Origin: Verrucomicrobiota bacterium | GTDB lineage: Bacteria; Verrucomicrobiota; Verrucomicrobiia; Chthoniobacterales; UBA6821 | Direction of reading: 5' to 3' | Assembly (NCBI GenBank): GCA_008932965.1 | Contig: WBXG01000074.1 | Span: 1 to 6,922 of the forward strand | DNA length: 6,922 nucleotides | Part shown: piece after piece, positions 6,548 through 6,922 of the stretch | Position numbering within the stretch: the first letter of the stretch is position 1 | Layout: each line of letters begins with the position of its first letter | The notes under the pieces: model-generated | What the model was told of the DNA's origin: nothing | Database searches by the model: none | The model's input: only the letters and a program-made list of their open reading frames with translations | Made by a program: the position numbers and the translations under genes

Positions 6548-6645
6548 TACAGGTAATCCTTATTGATCAAATAGTTCATACTGAAGTGTCATGAGGTACT
6601 GTGCAAAGCTTATTAGCATCAGGCGGAGGAATGATTGCGATGAAC

Positions 6646-6665
6646 CAGTATGAAATATGCGGGTT
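6646..6665 (+). repeat. Copy of the dispersed intergenic motif CAGTATGAAATATgCGGGTT, with an inverted partner arm at 6571..6583
   Basis: This is a 19/20 direct match to 5333..5352. In addition, atagttcatactg (6571..6583) is the reverse complement of cagtatgaaatat (6646..6658) at 12 of 13 positions, with a 62-nt spacer. This locus therefore also carries an inverted pair of the motif. It lies in the divergent region between the flavoprotein gene and the helicase gene. Confidence 0.7.
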
Positions 6666-6799
6666 AGTCTGAATCATACAAACTCATGAGTATCACTAAA
6701 AATAGAAAACTGTGGAATCCACGACTGTTACTCTTTTCTGTTAAGGAATAAATAATTACTATAGTGACGTGGCTTCCTAAACCAGATAGGTTGACATTC

Positions 6800-6922
6800 A
6801 TGGAAAAACGTACCTTTGAGGCTCTCGGAGTCTCGCAAGAAATTATTAAAGCAGTTGCTCAGCTCGGATTTGAAGAAGCATCGCCAATTCAAACAGCAGC
6901 TATACCAATGTTAATGACGGGG
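6800..6922 (+). CDS. DEAD-box ATP-dependent RNA helicase, N-terminal 41 codons (continues past the right window edge)
   Basis: Translating by hand from the ATG at 6800 gives MEKRTFEALGVSQEIIKAVAQLGFEEASPIQTAAIPMLMTG. This is the standard start of DEAD-box helicases: F..LG(L/V)...(I/L)..A(V/L)...GF..(P/A)(T/S)PIQ, which is the Q motif, followed by (A/I)IP. The frame is open to the window end. The paralogue (deaD, cshA or rhlE type) cannot be decided from 41 residues. Confidence 0.8.
   Translation, partial: MEKRTFEALGVSQEIIKAVAQLGFEEASPIQTAAIPMLMTG

Noticed and set aside
5337-6668. Mini-ORFs starting at the ATGAAATAT of the repeated motif (MKYTGSSNF* at 5337..5366, MKYAG* at 6651..6668)
   Set aside because: The reading frames end at different places. 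The third copy (634) has TTG followed by an immediate stop, and no ribosome-binding site precedes the motif. The conservation is therefore at the DNA/RNA level and not in a peptide.

Overview
This is a moderate/low-GC bacterial chromosomal segment, and most of it is housekeeping. Reading left to right: (1) Positions 1..318 (-) hold the N-terminal 106 codons of a signal-peptide-bearing Pro/Gly/Thr-rich tandem-repeat protein. It is absent from the supplied ORF track because it is open at the window edge. (2) Positions 319..658 are a 340-nt AT-rich non-coding gap. (3) A compact methionine ABC importer is transcribed metN>metI>metQ on the minus strand (2098..3138, 1464..2114, 659..1453). (4) A type I (Bacillus-type, about 315 aa) phosphomannose isomerase lies at 3194..4138 (-). 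(5) A divergently transcribed orphan protein of 356 aa lies at 4222..5292 (+). It matches no family I recognise and its G+C is clearly lower than that of its neighbours. (6) A convergent HI0933/YhiN-family FAD flavoprotein lies at 5363..6547 (-). (7) The first 41 codons of a DEAD-box RNA helicase lie at 6800..>6922 (+). I see no rRNA, tRNA, CRISPR array, transposase, integrase or phage gene, and I cannot honestly point to a new multi-gene system. The three things worth a second look are the low-GC orphan protein, a short palindromic intergenic motif (core ATGAAATATRCGGGTT), and the nested in-frame tandem repeats of the secreted protein at the left edge. The motif occurs at least three times in direct orientation, has inverted partners at two loci, and brackets the flavoprotein gene. 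The taxon cannot be assigned from this window. Weak or absent Shine-Dalgarno sequences and the gene content gave me a vague impression of an intracellular or Chlamydiae-like organism, but that is a hunch and not evidence.
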